Shown here: positions 27,320 through 41,422 of the stretch, one piece after another
Position numbering within the stretch: position 1 is the first letter of the stretch
How the letters are laid out: every line of letters begins with the position of its first letter
NCBI GenBank assembly: GCA_016618085.1
Contig: JABLTG010000018.1
Location: forward strand, 62,001-126,000
DNA length: 64,000 bases
DNA from: Neovahlkampfia damariscottae
Lineage: Eukaryota
Direction of reading: 5' to 3'
Program-made: the position numbers and the translations under genes
The notes under the pieces: generated by a model
Told to the model about the DNA's origin: nothing
What the model saw: the letters and a program-made list of their open reading frames with translations, nothing else
Databases searched by the model: none

Positions 27320-28036
27320 TCATTTTTTCTTGTTGATAGAACAAAACAATTGGCATTGAGTGGTGGTTTTCAAGGCATGCAGTATTTCTTCTTTTTGTTT
27401 ACAATTGTTTAAAGTAACTTCTAAATCTTCAAGGGTTCCATGTCCTTTGATTATTGCATTAACTTTCATTGTGATTGTTGATTCAATAAAATCTTTTTGT
27501 GACATTTTTTTGAAGTATTTCATGACATCAGACTTACCTTGAAGAATATATTTTTGATGATAAAACTCTGCGTCTGTCCAAAATTTAAATGGTTCTATGA
27601 CAGTGTAAACTGTCTGTGGTTGTTCTTTTGATGTTTTTAAAGCGATTTTTTTTTGTACTTCAGAATGATACCATATAGCTGACATGTATTGTCGATATTT
27701 ATCAGGTGTATAAGGGAAATGTGATGACCAAAAGCAGTTTAATATTTCTTCAAATGAAATGATTTTTGGATCAAAATCTATTTGAATTGTTTCACTGTGA
27801 TCACCAATAGAACGGTAGGCTTCATTTTAGATGATACAAAAATAAGTTACTTGGATTTTTTTTTTTTCCACCATGATATCCAACCTTCGTTCTGATGACT
27901 CCTTGTAATCCACCAAATTCACATTCTGGAAACCAAAATCTAGATCTTGTTAAAAAATTTTTGTTTTTTTTACCATCTACAATGAAGTTTAGTTTTTTTG
28001 TTATTCCAACCCCAAACTCAACGTTGCTGTTTCCAT
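27320..28036 (-). CDS. msrA: Selenoprotein methionine-S-sulfoxide reductase A; exons 28036-28011, 27976-27974, 27939-27851, 27819-27320
   Basis: Spliced product METATLSLG-U-FWFPE...VGYHGG..NPTYRSIGDHSE...QYMSAIWYH...AEFYHQKY; TGA at the catalytic Cys position; SECIS downstream. Confidence 0.92.
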
Positions 28037-28079
28037 TCTTTTTTAATTGGTTAAAAAATCTCCGAATAATTTTGAACCA

Positions 28080-29737
<1,658 letters not shown>

Positions 29738-29900
29738 AACGAGTTTTTGAAGTTTTTATTTTTTCAAATCATCCTATAGCTAAAAAAAAAAAAGAGATTG
29801 ACAACAAAATGGATGATATTGATTTCTGAATGAATATTAAAAAAGTGATTGGATGATTCTGAGTTGACCAATATTAATATTTTTCCAAACTCATCAAAAA

Positions 29901-30554
29901 ATGGAGAAAACAGAAAAGATTGAAGACTTGGAGGAATTGAAAGACTTTGATTCAATGGATTTAAAAAATGAATTACTCAGAGGAATTTATTCAAATGGCT
30001 ACGAAAAACCTACAGACCTCCAAATAAAAATGCTTGGCCCAATAAGAACAAAAAAAGATGTTGTTTGTGTCAGTGTAACTGGTTCTGGAAAAACTTTTGG
30101 CTTTCTGATTTCCATGCTTCAAAATTTAGATTTTGGTGAAAAAAAATTGAAAGGTTTAATTATAGCTCCAACTCGTGAATTAGTCATAGGAATTCAAAAT
30201 TTATTGAAAAACTTAGGAGAATATTTAGGTGTGTCATCAACTTGTATAGTTGGTGGTCCAAAATACTCTGATCAAATTACAGAATTAAAAGATGGTGTTC
30301 ATATTGTTGTTGCCACTCCTGGAAGAGCAATATATTTAATTGAGAAAGGATACATGAATATTAATGACATAGAAATGGTAGTAGTTGATGAAGCGAGTCG
30401 TGTTCTTGAATTTGGTTTTGAAGAAGAACTTAAATCAATTTTCAAAAAATTACCTGCTCAAAAACAAATTTGTTTATTTACTGGAACAAAACCTGGTACT
30501 TCAATGGTAAAATATATTGAAGAATTCATGATTGATCCATTTTTCATCATCTGA
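29901..30554 (+). CDS. Truncated eIF4A-like DEAD-box protein (N-terminal RecA domain only, DEAS)
   Basis: LLRGIY..GYEKP, TGSGKT, APTREL, TPGR, DEAS; stops after motif III. Confidence 0.75.
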   Translation: MEKTEKIEDLEELKDFDSMDLKNELLRGIYSNGYEKPTDLQIKMLGPIRTKKDVVCVSVTGSGKTFGFLISMLQNLDFGEKKLKGLIIAPTRELVIGIQNLLKNLGEYLGVSSTCIVGGPKYSDQITELKDGVHIVVATPGRAIYLIEKGYMNINDIEMVVVDEASRVLEFGFEEELKSIFKKLPAQKQICLFTGTKPGTSMVKYIEEFMIDPFFII

Positions 30555-30727
30555 TGAAACGGAAATTTTTTTCAAATTTTGCACATCACCAAATTTGAGG
30601 AGAAATGTCTAAATTTTTATTTTCGAAGAAATTTTCATTCTTATTGTTTCCTCATTCAAACTATATGAAAATTATTTGTCCAATTGTATTTGTAGATTGA
30701 CTGACATACCTCCAATCAAAAACAGTT

Positions 30728-33700
30728 ATGTCACAGAACTACAAATTTGCTGTCAAAGAACCGATCTTTGAATCATCACAAACTTTGATTCTTTACCTTG
30801 AGTCAGATGAAAAAGATCCTCTTATTGCTAAGGTGGCTGTACAGCAACCACCTGACGAATTTACGGTTGAATCTTACAAAAGAGACTTTCAATTTTCAAA
30901 GACGTTGTTTGGACATTATCCTGAATCTTTTGTTGATTCATTAGACCTTGTGGAAGAAAATAACATGGTTATGATTGTACAAAAAAATGAGGATGACTCA
31001 TTCACTGAATTTTTAAAGAAAACAGGAGCTTTAGATTTGGAAAGATTCTTAGAACTAGCTATTCACATGTGTAAAGCGTTAGAAAACTTACACTCCTTGA
31101 ATGTTATCCACAGAGATATCAAAGTCGGAAATTTTGTTTTAAACAAAAAAACAAAGTTACCCAAACTCATTGATTTTGGAATCAGTACTTTTGTTTCAAG
31201 GAAGTCACCATCAATAACTTGTACCAAACCAATTGGTACTTTTGTATACATGAGGTAACAAAACATTTTTTGACATTTTTTTTAGTCCAGAACAAACTGG
31301 AAGGATTAATCAAAATGTTGATAAGAGAAGTGATATTTATTCATTAGGAATATCTTTTTATGAAATGTTGACCGGAAAACTTCCTTTTGTTGGAGATAAA
31401 CTTGAAATTGTTCATGCTCATATGACAAAAAAACTTCCTAGGATTACGGCTCTTCCAAAAGCTATAAATGACATCCTCCAAAAAATGTGCGAAAAAAATG
31501 CTGGAGAAAGATATTCCACTGCTTTAGGAGTTAAAAATGACCTTGAATATTGTTTAAAAAACTTAAAACATATTCCAGAAGATTTCAAACCTGGTAAATA
31601 TGACTTGAAAGGATTTCAAATTCCAAACCAAATTTATGGAAGAAATGATGAAATTTCACTTCTTCAAAAAATTATCAACGAAGAAAAGGATCAAAAAACG
31701 ACAAAAATGTGTTTAGTTTCAGGCTACTCTGGTTCAGGAAAATCCGTAAATTTCAAAATTTTTTTAACTGAAATAGAAATTGATTGAAGAATTTTCAAAA
31801 AAATCGAAAAGTGAATTGTTAGTAGCTCATGGAAAATATGATCAATTTGATAAATCAACACCTTATTCTGCTTTCATTCAGTAAATTTAATGAATTTTAA
31901 CATTTTTTTAGAATTTTGAAATTTTTAATTTTGAAAATATCTTTAGACAGAGAGAATTCATCAAAAATCATTTTCAAGATGAAAAATGAATTAAAAGAAT
32001 CTGGAAGTGTGCTGAAACAACTTGTACCTGAAATTGAAATTCTGGTTGGACCTCAACCTGATGTTGTTCAACTTGATAAAATTGAAGAAACTCAAAAAAG
32101 ATTATTTGATTCATTTCTCAATTTTTTTAATTGTTTCACTGATGAAAATCGTTTAATTTTAGTTGTTGATGATTTGCAATGGTGTGATTCTGCTTCATTT
32201 CAATTGTTAAATACAATTTTGGAAGATCAAAAAATTTTTATAATTGGAGCTTATCGTGATAATGAAGTTGATCAAAGTCATCCATTAATGTTGCTATTAA
32301 AAGGATTTCAAGATATTCAAGATATTCATCTAAAACCATTAAATCTTGAACATTTGAATGAATTAGTTTCAGATACTTTGATGATTGAAAAAGATATAAC
32401 CATTGAATTAAGTAAATCTATTCACAACAAAACAGGTGGAAATCCATTCTTTTCAAAAGAGTTTATCATTACACTTTATGAAGAAGAATTATTATTCTTC
32501 AAAAATGATAAATGGAATTGGGATTTACAAAATGTTGAAAAGAAGAATTTTAGTTCAAATATTATTGATTTCATGATAAAGAATTTAAAGAAAGGAAGTG
32601 ATTCAATGCAAAAAATACTTAAATACGCATCTTGTATTGGAAATACATTCAATTTAGAACAATTACTTTGGATTTGGGATGAAAATGTTGATTTAATGTC
32701 TATACTGGTTGAACCACTTCAAAATGGCTGGATTATTCAAAATAATTCAAATGAATTTAAATTTCTTCATGATAGATTACAACAAGCATCTTATGAATTA
32801 ATTTCAAAGAAAGAAAGAGAAGGAATTCATTTGATTATTGGAAAAACACTTCTTAAGGAATTTAAACAAAATAACTTGGTAAAAGAAAATATCTTTCAAA
32901 TTGTCAATCATTTGAATAATTCAAATTGTTATGAAGACAAAATTGAATTACTCAGATTGAATTTAGTAGCAGCAGAAAGATCATTACAAAATAGTGCATA
33001 TAAATTGGCACTTGAATACGCTCAAATTGCTGTTAAACTTTTGTCAAATAATTCTTGGGAAGAACATTATGATGATGCTTTTAATACTCATCAATTGTTG
33101 GCAAGAGCATATTATGGAAATTCATTATTGAAAGATTCTGAAAAAGAATATGACATTTTATTGCAAAAAGCCAAGAAAAGAGTTCAAAAATTGACAGTTT
33201 ATAGTGAATATATTAGAATGGTTTCTTTGTTTGTTCAATATGATAAAGGATTCCTTTTATTGTTGGACGCATTTCAAATGTTTGATTTTACAAAAGATAT
33301 TTCAAAAGATGACATTCCTGGTTTAGCTACTTTTTCAACAGAGCTCAAAAAGAAGGTGACCCAAGAAACTGAAAAAATTGGAGGTTTTAAGAATATCCTA
33401 CAATTGAAAAAATGTGAAAATGAAGAAATTGAAATACTTCAAAGTATTCTAGCTGAATCTATTGATATTCTATTTTTAAGTCCTTTGTCACATCCTCTCA
33501 TGAAAGTTATTGGACCACTTTGTAAAATTTTTTAATTCTAAATTTTTGAAGTATCTCTTCATTTATTTTTGCTTCATGGGCTAACTGCGAATTCAATTAC
33601 ATCACTTGCTGTTGCTGCTTGGATTTTTGGATTTTTCTTTAATGAACCAGATTCTTATGAATTGGCAAAAGCAGCTGAAAAATTGTACTCAAAGACTTTA

Positions 33701-36263
33701 AATTCTGATACTGGATGTAATATGGCTATTGTTCAATTCGCCTTGGGATTATCTCAACAATATGGAGGCACATTAAAACAAATGTTATATTTTCTTGATG
33801 CTGGAAGTAGCTATGCCATCTCAAACAATGAATATGTATTTGGTTCATATGATATGAGTGTATGGGGATTTGGTATTCTTATGAATGGTCAGCATTACCC
33901 AAAACACATTTCAAAAATGAAGAATCATCAAAAAGTAAGTTAAAATTACCGACTCATATGTATAGTGGCTTTTAAAAAAAAAGAATTATTTTGGTCATGC
34001 AACTGTTGAATTAAATCGTTCTTTTATGGAAGATTTGATGGGAATCAAAGACTATGACCCAAAATATAATGAAAATATTCTAAATTTTGAACAACTTGTG
34101 TTTAATCGTGTATTGGCACCTCTTATGAGAGCAATGCTTCATTATTTTTATTATGAACAATCAAAAACAATAGAAGAACTTGAAAATGTGGAAGAATACT
34201 TTCAAGAAGCATCAGGAATGCCATGTTCATATGGAATATTTTTGTATTATAGTTTAGCTCTTATTCATCGTTATAAACAAACAAAAGATAAAAAATCATT
34301 GGAAAAAGTGAAAGATTTTATTGAGACATTTAGGAAACTTGCAAATGTATATGATATATTCTTCACACCAAGATTAGGTCTTTTAGAAACTGTACTACAA
34401 GCTGCAATTTCTGAATCAAACAAATATGAAATTTTATCAAGTTTTGAAAATGTAATTGAATCAAGTCAACAAAGAGGATTCTATTTAATCACAGCAATTG
34501 CATTGGAATCAACACTTGAATTTTGTATTGAGAGAAATTTCCCAGATGGAACTTCTGTTCATTATTACCATAATTTAATCTCAATGTGGGGAACAATTGG
34601 AGGAAAAAAGAAGATTCAAAAAATCAAAGCGAAATATGCACAATATTCAAGAAAATTATCATCTTCAAGTTTGTCCAATGTGCCAACATCAGGAAGTATG
34701 ACCACTTTATCATCAAATGCAACACATTCAGACAACTCTTCATCAAATGATTCTTTGGATATGTTGAGCATAATTAAAACGTCACAAGCACTTTCAAGTG
34801 AAATTAAAACTTCAAATTTGATCAAAAAAGTGATGCAAATCTTAATTGAAAATATGGGAGCAGAAAATGCTATTTTAGTGATGATAGAAGATGAAGATTT
34901 TATCAAAGCAAAAGCTGATTCATCCAATGTTATGTTAATGAATAAACTTGGAAAAGATCATCCTGAAATGTACTGCTCTGGATTATTTGAACTTGTTAAA
35001 GTTTCAAAAAAAAGTTTATTTGTTAGTAATGCATCAAAATCAGAATATGCAAGTTCAAGTTATATTGCAAATAATAATGTAAAATCGTTGATTATCTCTC
35101 CTATTATTAAAGGAAATAAGTTAATGGGTATTATTCAACTTGAAAATAATTCAATTGAAGGAGCATTTACGGAAAATAGAAAAAACACTCTCGCTCACAT
35201 TTCCAGTCAATTGGCAATTTCTTATGAAAATTCGAATTTCTATGAAAATATCAACAGTTTAAATGAATCCTATGAAAGATTTCTTCCAAAAGAATTTTTG
35301 AATCAACTTGGAAAAAATGATATCAGGAAAGTTAAAAAAGGAGATTCAACAACTAAAGATATTTCAGTTTTATTTTCAGATATTCGTAGTTTCACAGATA
35401 TTACTGAAAATATGAATTCTGAAGAAAGTTTTTCATTTGTCAATGGAATTTTACAATATCTTGCACCTGTAATTTCAAGAAATAATGGATTTATTGATAA
35501 ATTCTTTGGTGATTGTATAATGGCTCTTTTCCCTTATAGTGTTGATGATAGTGTTAAATGTGGATTGGAATTATTACAAGCATTAGAACAATACAATAAA
35601 GAATGTAGAATTGGAATGAACCCTGTTAAAATTGGAATTGGAATTCATTATGGTGATGTGATGATTGGAACCATTGGTGCTGAAGAAAGAATTGATGCAA
35701 CTGTCATTTCGGATACAGTTAACACAGCATCAAGAGTTGAAAGTTTCACCAAAACATTAAAATCAACATTTGTTGTAACTGAATCAATCATCAAAAATGT
35801 GAAAGATTCAACAATTTATCCAAATAGATATATTGGTAAATACCTTTTTAAAGGAAAACAAAATCCTATTGGATTATATCATATTATTCAAAAAAAAGAG
35901 AATGTAAAAGAATTCACTGAAGGAATGAAATTATTTGAAGCTAAGAAATTTAATCAAGCAAAGAAAATATTTGAAGAAATTAACGATTCAACTTGTGGTT
36001 ATTTACAAAATGTTTGTGTGTTATATGAAAATTATTTATTTGAAGATTCATGGAATGGTGAAATTAAAATTGATAAAGATGGAATTCCAATCATATTAAA
36101 TAACGAAACTAATGCTCAAAGAGTAATTGAAAATTTGGATGAAAATCAACAAAAAGATATTTCAAATGAGTTATTGAATGCAGGATTATTGAAAGATTTT
36201 TTGACTTCAGTTTCCCATCACAATCCAGAAATGTTAAATCAATTACTCGAAAAATTCAAATAA
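30728..36263 (+). CDS. Ser/Thr kinase - AAA ATPase - helical/TPR-like - GAF - class III adenylyl cyclase multidomain protein
   Basis: HRDIK, DFG, YMSPEQTGR (spliced), SGYSGSGKS, DDLQWCD, TGGNPFF, FLHDRLQQA, GAF (QLENN...GAFT..R), FSDIRSFT, IDKFFGDCIMA, TVNTASRVE; five small introns. Confidence 0.9.
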
Positions 36264-36433
36264 AAAATTGATTTTCTGACCTTCCACATTTATTTAATCA
36301 TAAACATTCTTTGACTGTTATAAAAAGGTTTGCGTTAGCTTTATTCAACCAGTTTGTTCTATTATTATGTTCTATTATTCGCCAATTTATAATAATAGAA
36401 CTAATTTCATTGGGTATTTTGACAAGACCAGTA

Positions 36434-37569
36434 ATGAGTATAACAGAAGAAGAAGACTTCATAAAAGATGTTGAAACTTTTGAAGACTTGAAACTCAGAG
36501 AAAATTTGATGAGAGGAATAGTTTTGGTTTTGAATGCCCATCCAAGATTCAGAAAAAAATAATTCCTTCCATGATCACAAAAAGAGACACCATCGTTATA
36601 GATCATAGTGGTATATAAAAACCTCATCTTTTGTTATTTCTATGCTTCAGAACTTGGATTTAGAACAAGAAGAAGTACAAGGATTAATCATTGTTCCAAC
36701 AAACGAATCAGCTCAAGATACTCAGAAAATGATAAAAGAGATTGGAAAATACATGAATGTGAAGTCAAAAGTTGTGGTTGATGGTGATTTTGTGAATGAA
36801 AAAAACTCAGATTTGCAAAAAGGAGTAGACATTATTTTGTCAACACCAGAAAGATTAGGAGCTTTCATTAAAGAAGGATACGTAGATTTAAGTAGAGTGA
36901 ATATAGTGGTATTTGATGAAGTCAATGAATTAATTGATAAAGGATTCAAAGATCAAATTTGTTTATTGATGGAATTATTACCCCGCAGGAAAACAAATCT
37001 GTTTGTTCTGCTCTACTTTGACAAATGAAGTGACAGATTTCACTGATGAGTATCTCAATCATCCATTTTCTGTTATTATCAAAGACTACACCTTAGATGA
37101 AATGAAGCACTTTTATATTGATGTCCAAAAGGAAGAAAACAAAACTCAAGTTCTATTTGACATTCTTGAAACCTATAAAATTCTTTTCTACATTTACGTC
37201 AATTCAATTGAAAAACTTACGGAATTATCATTGGAATTGATGAATAAAAATATATCAGTTCATACATTGACTCATGAAAAGGATGATGAAGTGAATTTGA
37301 TTTTAAAAAATTTCAAAAATGGAATTTTAATCACAACTGACAAATATTCAAGATATATCAGAGGTATTCATTGCATCTCAGCATTCATAAATTATGATAT
37401 TCCAAAAAACAAACATTATTTCCTTGATCGAATTGGAAAATCTGGCGAATTTGGAAGAAAACGTCACATCATTAATTTTATGACTGTCGAAAATACAAAA
37501 GAGTTGAAAAATTTTGAATTATGTTATCAAATTTCAATCTAAGAGATGCCAAACAATTTCGAAGAGTGA
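36434..37569 (+). pseudogene. eIF4A-like DEAD-box helicase pseudogene
   Basis: Full-length similarity but frameshift near 36520, TAA 36616-36618 in motif I region, frameshift near 36980, premature TAA 37540; DEVN for DEAD. Confidence 0.75.
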
Positions 37570-38031
37570 TGTCAAATTAAATTCTTTTTATTTTTTTTTT
37601 CCAAAGGATATATGTCGTTACGTTGAAGAAACGATCTGTATAGACTGTTTACCTAGTAAATAACGAGTATGTATGCCAAAAAACACACAATTCGATCAGA
37701 CAGATTCGAATTGATTCTCGATGGCAATGTAACTTGGTCGAAAGTGAATTTTTGTTTGTTAAATAATCAGTCGATTGTTCTAAACCATGATAAATCATTG
37801 TGGTTAGAAAAAGAGGCACTACCAACCGACAAAAATTTGGCGAATCATCATCTCACATAATGAGCCAATCCGAATGCAGTTTACTTCATTGAACAAAACA
37901 TCCAATTTTGGAAATTTTAAAGTGCCTCAACTCTTTGAAACACAAAATGTCAAAGATAATACCAGAAGCAATATGCCCAAACAAGAGGAAGTCACAAGAA
38001 CAAAATGTTGTAACGGAAAAACTTTGAATAG

Positions 38032-39831
38032 TTGTCCAATCAAAATGATTTCGCCCAATTCGAAGCCATAAAATACACCGAACTTATGACGGAAGAACCA
38101 GCAGCAAAACCACTTGGTTTATGTAAAAGAATGATGCAAAAAGTCTATGCTTTGGAATTGAAAATTGTTTCCATAACACCAATCCTTCTGTTTTTGGTAG
38201 TTTTTGTAAATTTATTCAGTGGAGCATTTTTTGGTTTTAATGTTGGTATTACTGGTGTTGCAAAGAAGTCTTTGGTTCATGATTATCCTGAACTTTTGCA
38301 CAATCATACTGCAGGACCTACTTTTCAAGCCATCTTCGGCGCTGCTTATTTTGGTGGTCTTGTATTTGGACCTACTGCTTCACCTGTCATTATACATTAC
38401 TCAGGATACAAATTTACGCTAATGGGCTCTACACTGGTTGGTTTAGTCGGTCAGACCATTTCCTTATTTTCAGCTCATTATTTCATGTTATGCGCAGGTA
38501 GATTTATTATAGGACTTGCAGTTGGTGTAACAATTGTGGCCGGCACTGAATATTCAGGTTCACTAGCCAAAGTTTATCTGCCCACGTTTAAAGGATTTGT
38601 TGGTACAATGTTTCTAGTTGGCGCTTCAACGAATTTATTACTGGCAAATATTTCAGTATTTTTTGAAAAAGTGTATTTCAGTTGGAGATGGATGGTGTTT
38701 GTTGGATTAATACCAAATATTTCATTATTCATATTATCATTAATCATGCCAGAATCACCACTTTGGAGATCAGGAAAGATTGAAAAAACTGCATTAAGTG
38801 TACCTGTACAAATGAAAAGATTATTTTTTGATTGTAAAAATATTGGAAGAATGGTGTTATGTTTTATTTTAGTTTTATCATTTCTATTTGGTGGTGTAAT
38901 TCCAATGATCAATTATTTACCATATACTCTGGATTTAGCTGGAATTGATGATTTTTATATCAGAGCTGCTGCTGCTATTGGAGTTGCTGTTGCTAATATC
39001 ATTACGGCTTTAAGTACATCACTTTTTGTAAATCTTGTTGGAAGAAAATTATTACTTGGATTTGGATATGCAGTTATGTTTTTATCAACAATGTCAATGG
39101 CTTTAGTGATTTATTTTGTACCAGCTCCAACAAGTGGATATGTGGCTATTGGACTTGCAATTACGTTTCTTGTTGGAAATAATGGAGGAATCAATTCAAT
39201 TATCTTTTTCATTTTCAATGAATTATTTGATCCTGAAGTCACAGTTGTTTCATCTGCTTTGATGTTTACTTTATTTAATTTAGTTGAATTTTTTATTGCT
39301 TTTGTTTATCTTCCACTTCAAACTGCATTAACCTTACCAGGTGTTTTATTACTATTTTCATGTAACACTTGTATTTGTGGAATATTTTTGATGCTGTTTT
39401 TACCAGAAACAAAAGGAAAAAGAGAAAAGAAAGTTAAAGGAGAAAAAGGTGAAAAAGTTGATGTTGAAATGAATGATGAATTAGTAGTAGAAAAGAAAGA
39501 ATCAGAACACTTACAAAATGTAATAGAAGAAAAAATTCCAGTTGAAGAAAGTACAACAGAAGCTGAAGTGAACTCAGAAGAAGTAGAAGAAAATTCTGAA
39601 AAAGTTATCCAAGAAGTGAAAATTGAAGAAAATGAACCAAAAATTCCGGTTCCAGGTGAAAATTTGGAAATAGAAGGCATATTAAAAGAAGTACCTAGTT
39701 ATGAAGAGATTAAGATTTCAGAAAATGTTGATGGTACAAAGGAAACAAAACAAAATAAAATTGAAGAAATTAAACAAGCTCCGGTTTCACCAAAGATTGA
39801 AGAACCAAAAGTTTCTGAAGTGGTAGAATAA
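38032..39831 (+). CDS. MFS sugar porter (start probably in a short upstream exon)
   Basis: FGFNVG, GRFIIG, SWRW, PESP, GRKLLL, PETKG; acidic tail. Confidence 0.9.
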   Translation: MSNQNDFAQFEAIKYTELMTEEPAAKPLGLCKRMMQKVYALELKIVSITPILLFLVVFVNLFSGAFFGFNVGITGVAKKSLVHDYPELLHNHTAGPTFQAIFGAAYFGGLVFGPTASPVIIHYSGYKFTLMGSTLVGLVGQTISLFSAHYFMLCAGRFIIGLAVGVTIVAGTEYSGSLAKVYLPTFKGFVGTMFLVGASTNLLLANISVFFEKVYFSWRWMVFVGLIPNISLFILSLIMPESPLWRSGKIEKTALSVPVQMKRLFFDCKNIGRMVLCFILVLSFLFGGVIPMINYLPYTLDLAGIDDFYIRAAAAIGVAVANIITALSTSLFVNLVGRKLLLGFGYAVMFLSTMSMALVIYFVPAPTSGYVAIGLAITFLVGNNGGINSIIFFIFNELFDPEVTVVSSALMFTLFNLVEFFIAFVYLPLQTALTLPGVLLLFSCNTCICGIFLMLFLPETKGKREKKVKGEKGEKVDVEMNDELVVEKKESEHLQNVIEEKIPVEESTTEAEVNSEEVEENSEKVIQEVKIEENEPKIPVPGENLEIEGILKEVPSYEEIKISENVDGTKETKQNKIEEIKQAPVSPKIEEPKVSEVVE

Positions 39832-40015
39832 ACGTTTAATCGAGAAACAAGAATTAGATTCAACTTTGTATCGTAGAAATTTTCATCTTTAGCACCTTTT
39901 TAAGAAGGTATTTTCAAAATTAAATTCAAATTTCCTAATCCAGCTTAATCGTTCAAAACCAATTAAACTACGATCGTTCTTTGATCAACTTTATTCACCA
40001 AAAAATCAACCACAG

Positions 40016-40333
40016 ATGCAAGTACAACAACCATTGAACATTTTCGGAGTTAATCAAACAAATATTAAATTTTCCGGACCTTCAAGGAAAAAACTACCTG
40101 CTTCACCTCTGTTTGATGAAAAAATGGATAAACTCGGACTTGTACTTTTAATTTTGATGCTTTTATTTATTGTTGGAACAATTGTACATGTAATATCTAC
40201 ATTTAGCTTCGTTCAAGAGGCCAATTTGGATATGGATGACAAAATAATGACGACTTTTTCTATCATCATTTCTTTGGTTTTCAGCTCCAGCATTTTGATT
40301 ATAAGCAAGAATTTCACTAATTATGAATTGTAG
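40016..40333 (+). CDS. Small two-TM protein, paralog A
   Basis: Two hydrophobic helices; resembles 40527-40853; CCAAT upstream. Confidence 0.6.
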   Translation: MQVQQPLNIFGVNQTNIKFSGPSRKKLPASPLFDEKMDKLGLVLLILMLLFIVGTIVHVISTFSFVQEANLDMDDKIMTTFSIIISLVFSSSILIISKNFTNYEL

Positions 40334-40526
40334 AATAAAAATTTCATATAAACTAGACTGTTTTGGTTGAAATTCCTCATCAATCAAACAACTCTTAATA
40401 TCCCTTTTTCGGAAAGTTAAATTTCCTAAATTAAAATTCCTTTCCTAATTTGTTTTATTTAATCTCCTCCACCAATCATAAATTCGCTACAGATTCGAAG
40501 CTTAAAAAATCACACACACAACACAC

Positions 40527-40853
40527 ATGACTATCCTTCAACAAACACAAGCAGAAAGAGTAAAGAATCTCCAAAGAAACATCAGAAAAACATCAGATCC
40601 AGCTGTTCTGAAAGCTAACCTCTTGAAAGAGAATGAATTTGTAAATAAAATGGATTACATAGCAATGCTCATCGTCTGCTCATTATCACTCTTTATTTTA
40701 GTAACTACACTCACTGGAATTAACGCACTGTCATATATCACAAGTCCACAAGACGATGCAGCTGTTTTGACTTCACTTGGAATCGGTTTATCTTTTGTTT
40801 TAAGTTCAGCAATATATTTGATGAATAAATTTGGAATCAAGTTTGAAAACTAA
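40527..40853 (+). CDS. Small two-TM protein, paralog B
   Basis: KMD-TM1...DD-TM2 layout shared with 40016-40333. Confidence 0.6.
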   Translation: MTILQQTQAERVKNLQRNIRKTSDPAVLKANLLKENEFVNKMDYIAMLIVCSLSLFILVTTLTGINALSYITSPQDDAAVLTSLGIGLSFVLSSAIYLMNKFGIKFEN

Positions 40854-41017
40854 CCTAAGCTATAATAAAAATTAACTTGTATTTCACAAAAAAATTATTT
40901 TTTTTGCGCGAAAAATTTTGGAAGTTGATTAGAAGATAAAAAATATCCATTTTGGGATGGTCTTTTCGAACCTTCGAAATTACAAAAAAAACCTTTGGAT
41001 TTTGAAAAATATAAATT

Positions 41018-41371
41018 TTAATGATCAATGTTAATGATTTTTAACTCTTCAGTGAATCTGTAAAACATTTCTTTCTTATTTTCAAGTTTTTTTTCTTTTG
41101 ATTCATTCTCATCTCCAAAAAATGCAAAAACAGAAATTGAACCATCTTTAAATTCTTTAAACTCTAGTATCTCACCATAGAAATTTGGATTTAGTTCAAA
41201 CATTCTTGAAAATTTAATGGTTGCATTTTTCAAACCTTTCCAATTTCTTTCTGCTTCTTTGAAAGTAACTGAGACTTCAGAATCAAGAAATTTTAAAGTT
41301 TCTTCAAGATTTCCTTTGTTCATTGCGTCATAATACATTTTCAAAATTGTTTCTTTCATGTTTTTCATCAT
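41018..41371 (-). CDS. SnoaL/NTF2-like domain protein
   Basis: YYDAMNKGNLEETLKFLDSEV...KG...KIINID. Confidence 0.65.
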   Translation of the reverse strand: MMKNMKETILKMYYDAMNKGNLEETLKFLDSEVSVTFKEAERNWKGLKNATIKFSRMFELNPNFYGEILEFKEFKDGSISVFAFFGDENESKEKKLENKKEMFYRFTEELKIINIDH

Positions 41372-41422
41372 CCAATAGAATCGATTTTTACCTGCAAATT
41401 GAAAAAGTTAGAAAAAGTTAAA

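Noticed and set aside
30552..30557. Tandem TGA TGA after the half DEAD-box ORF as possible Sec or read-through
   Set aside because: No helicase similarity beyond it and no SECIS-like structure seen.
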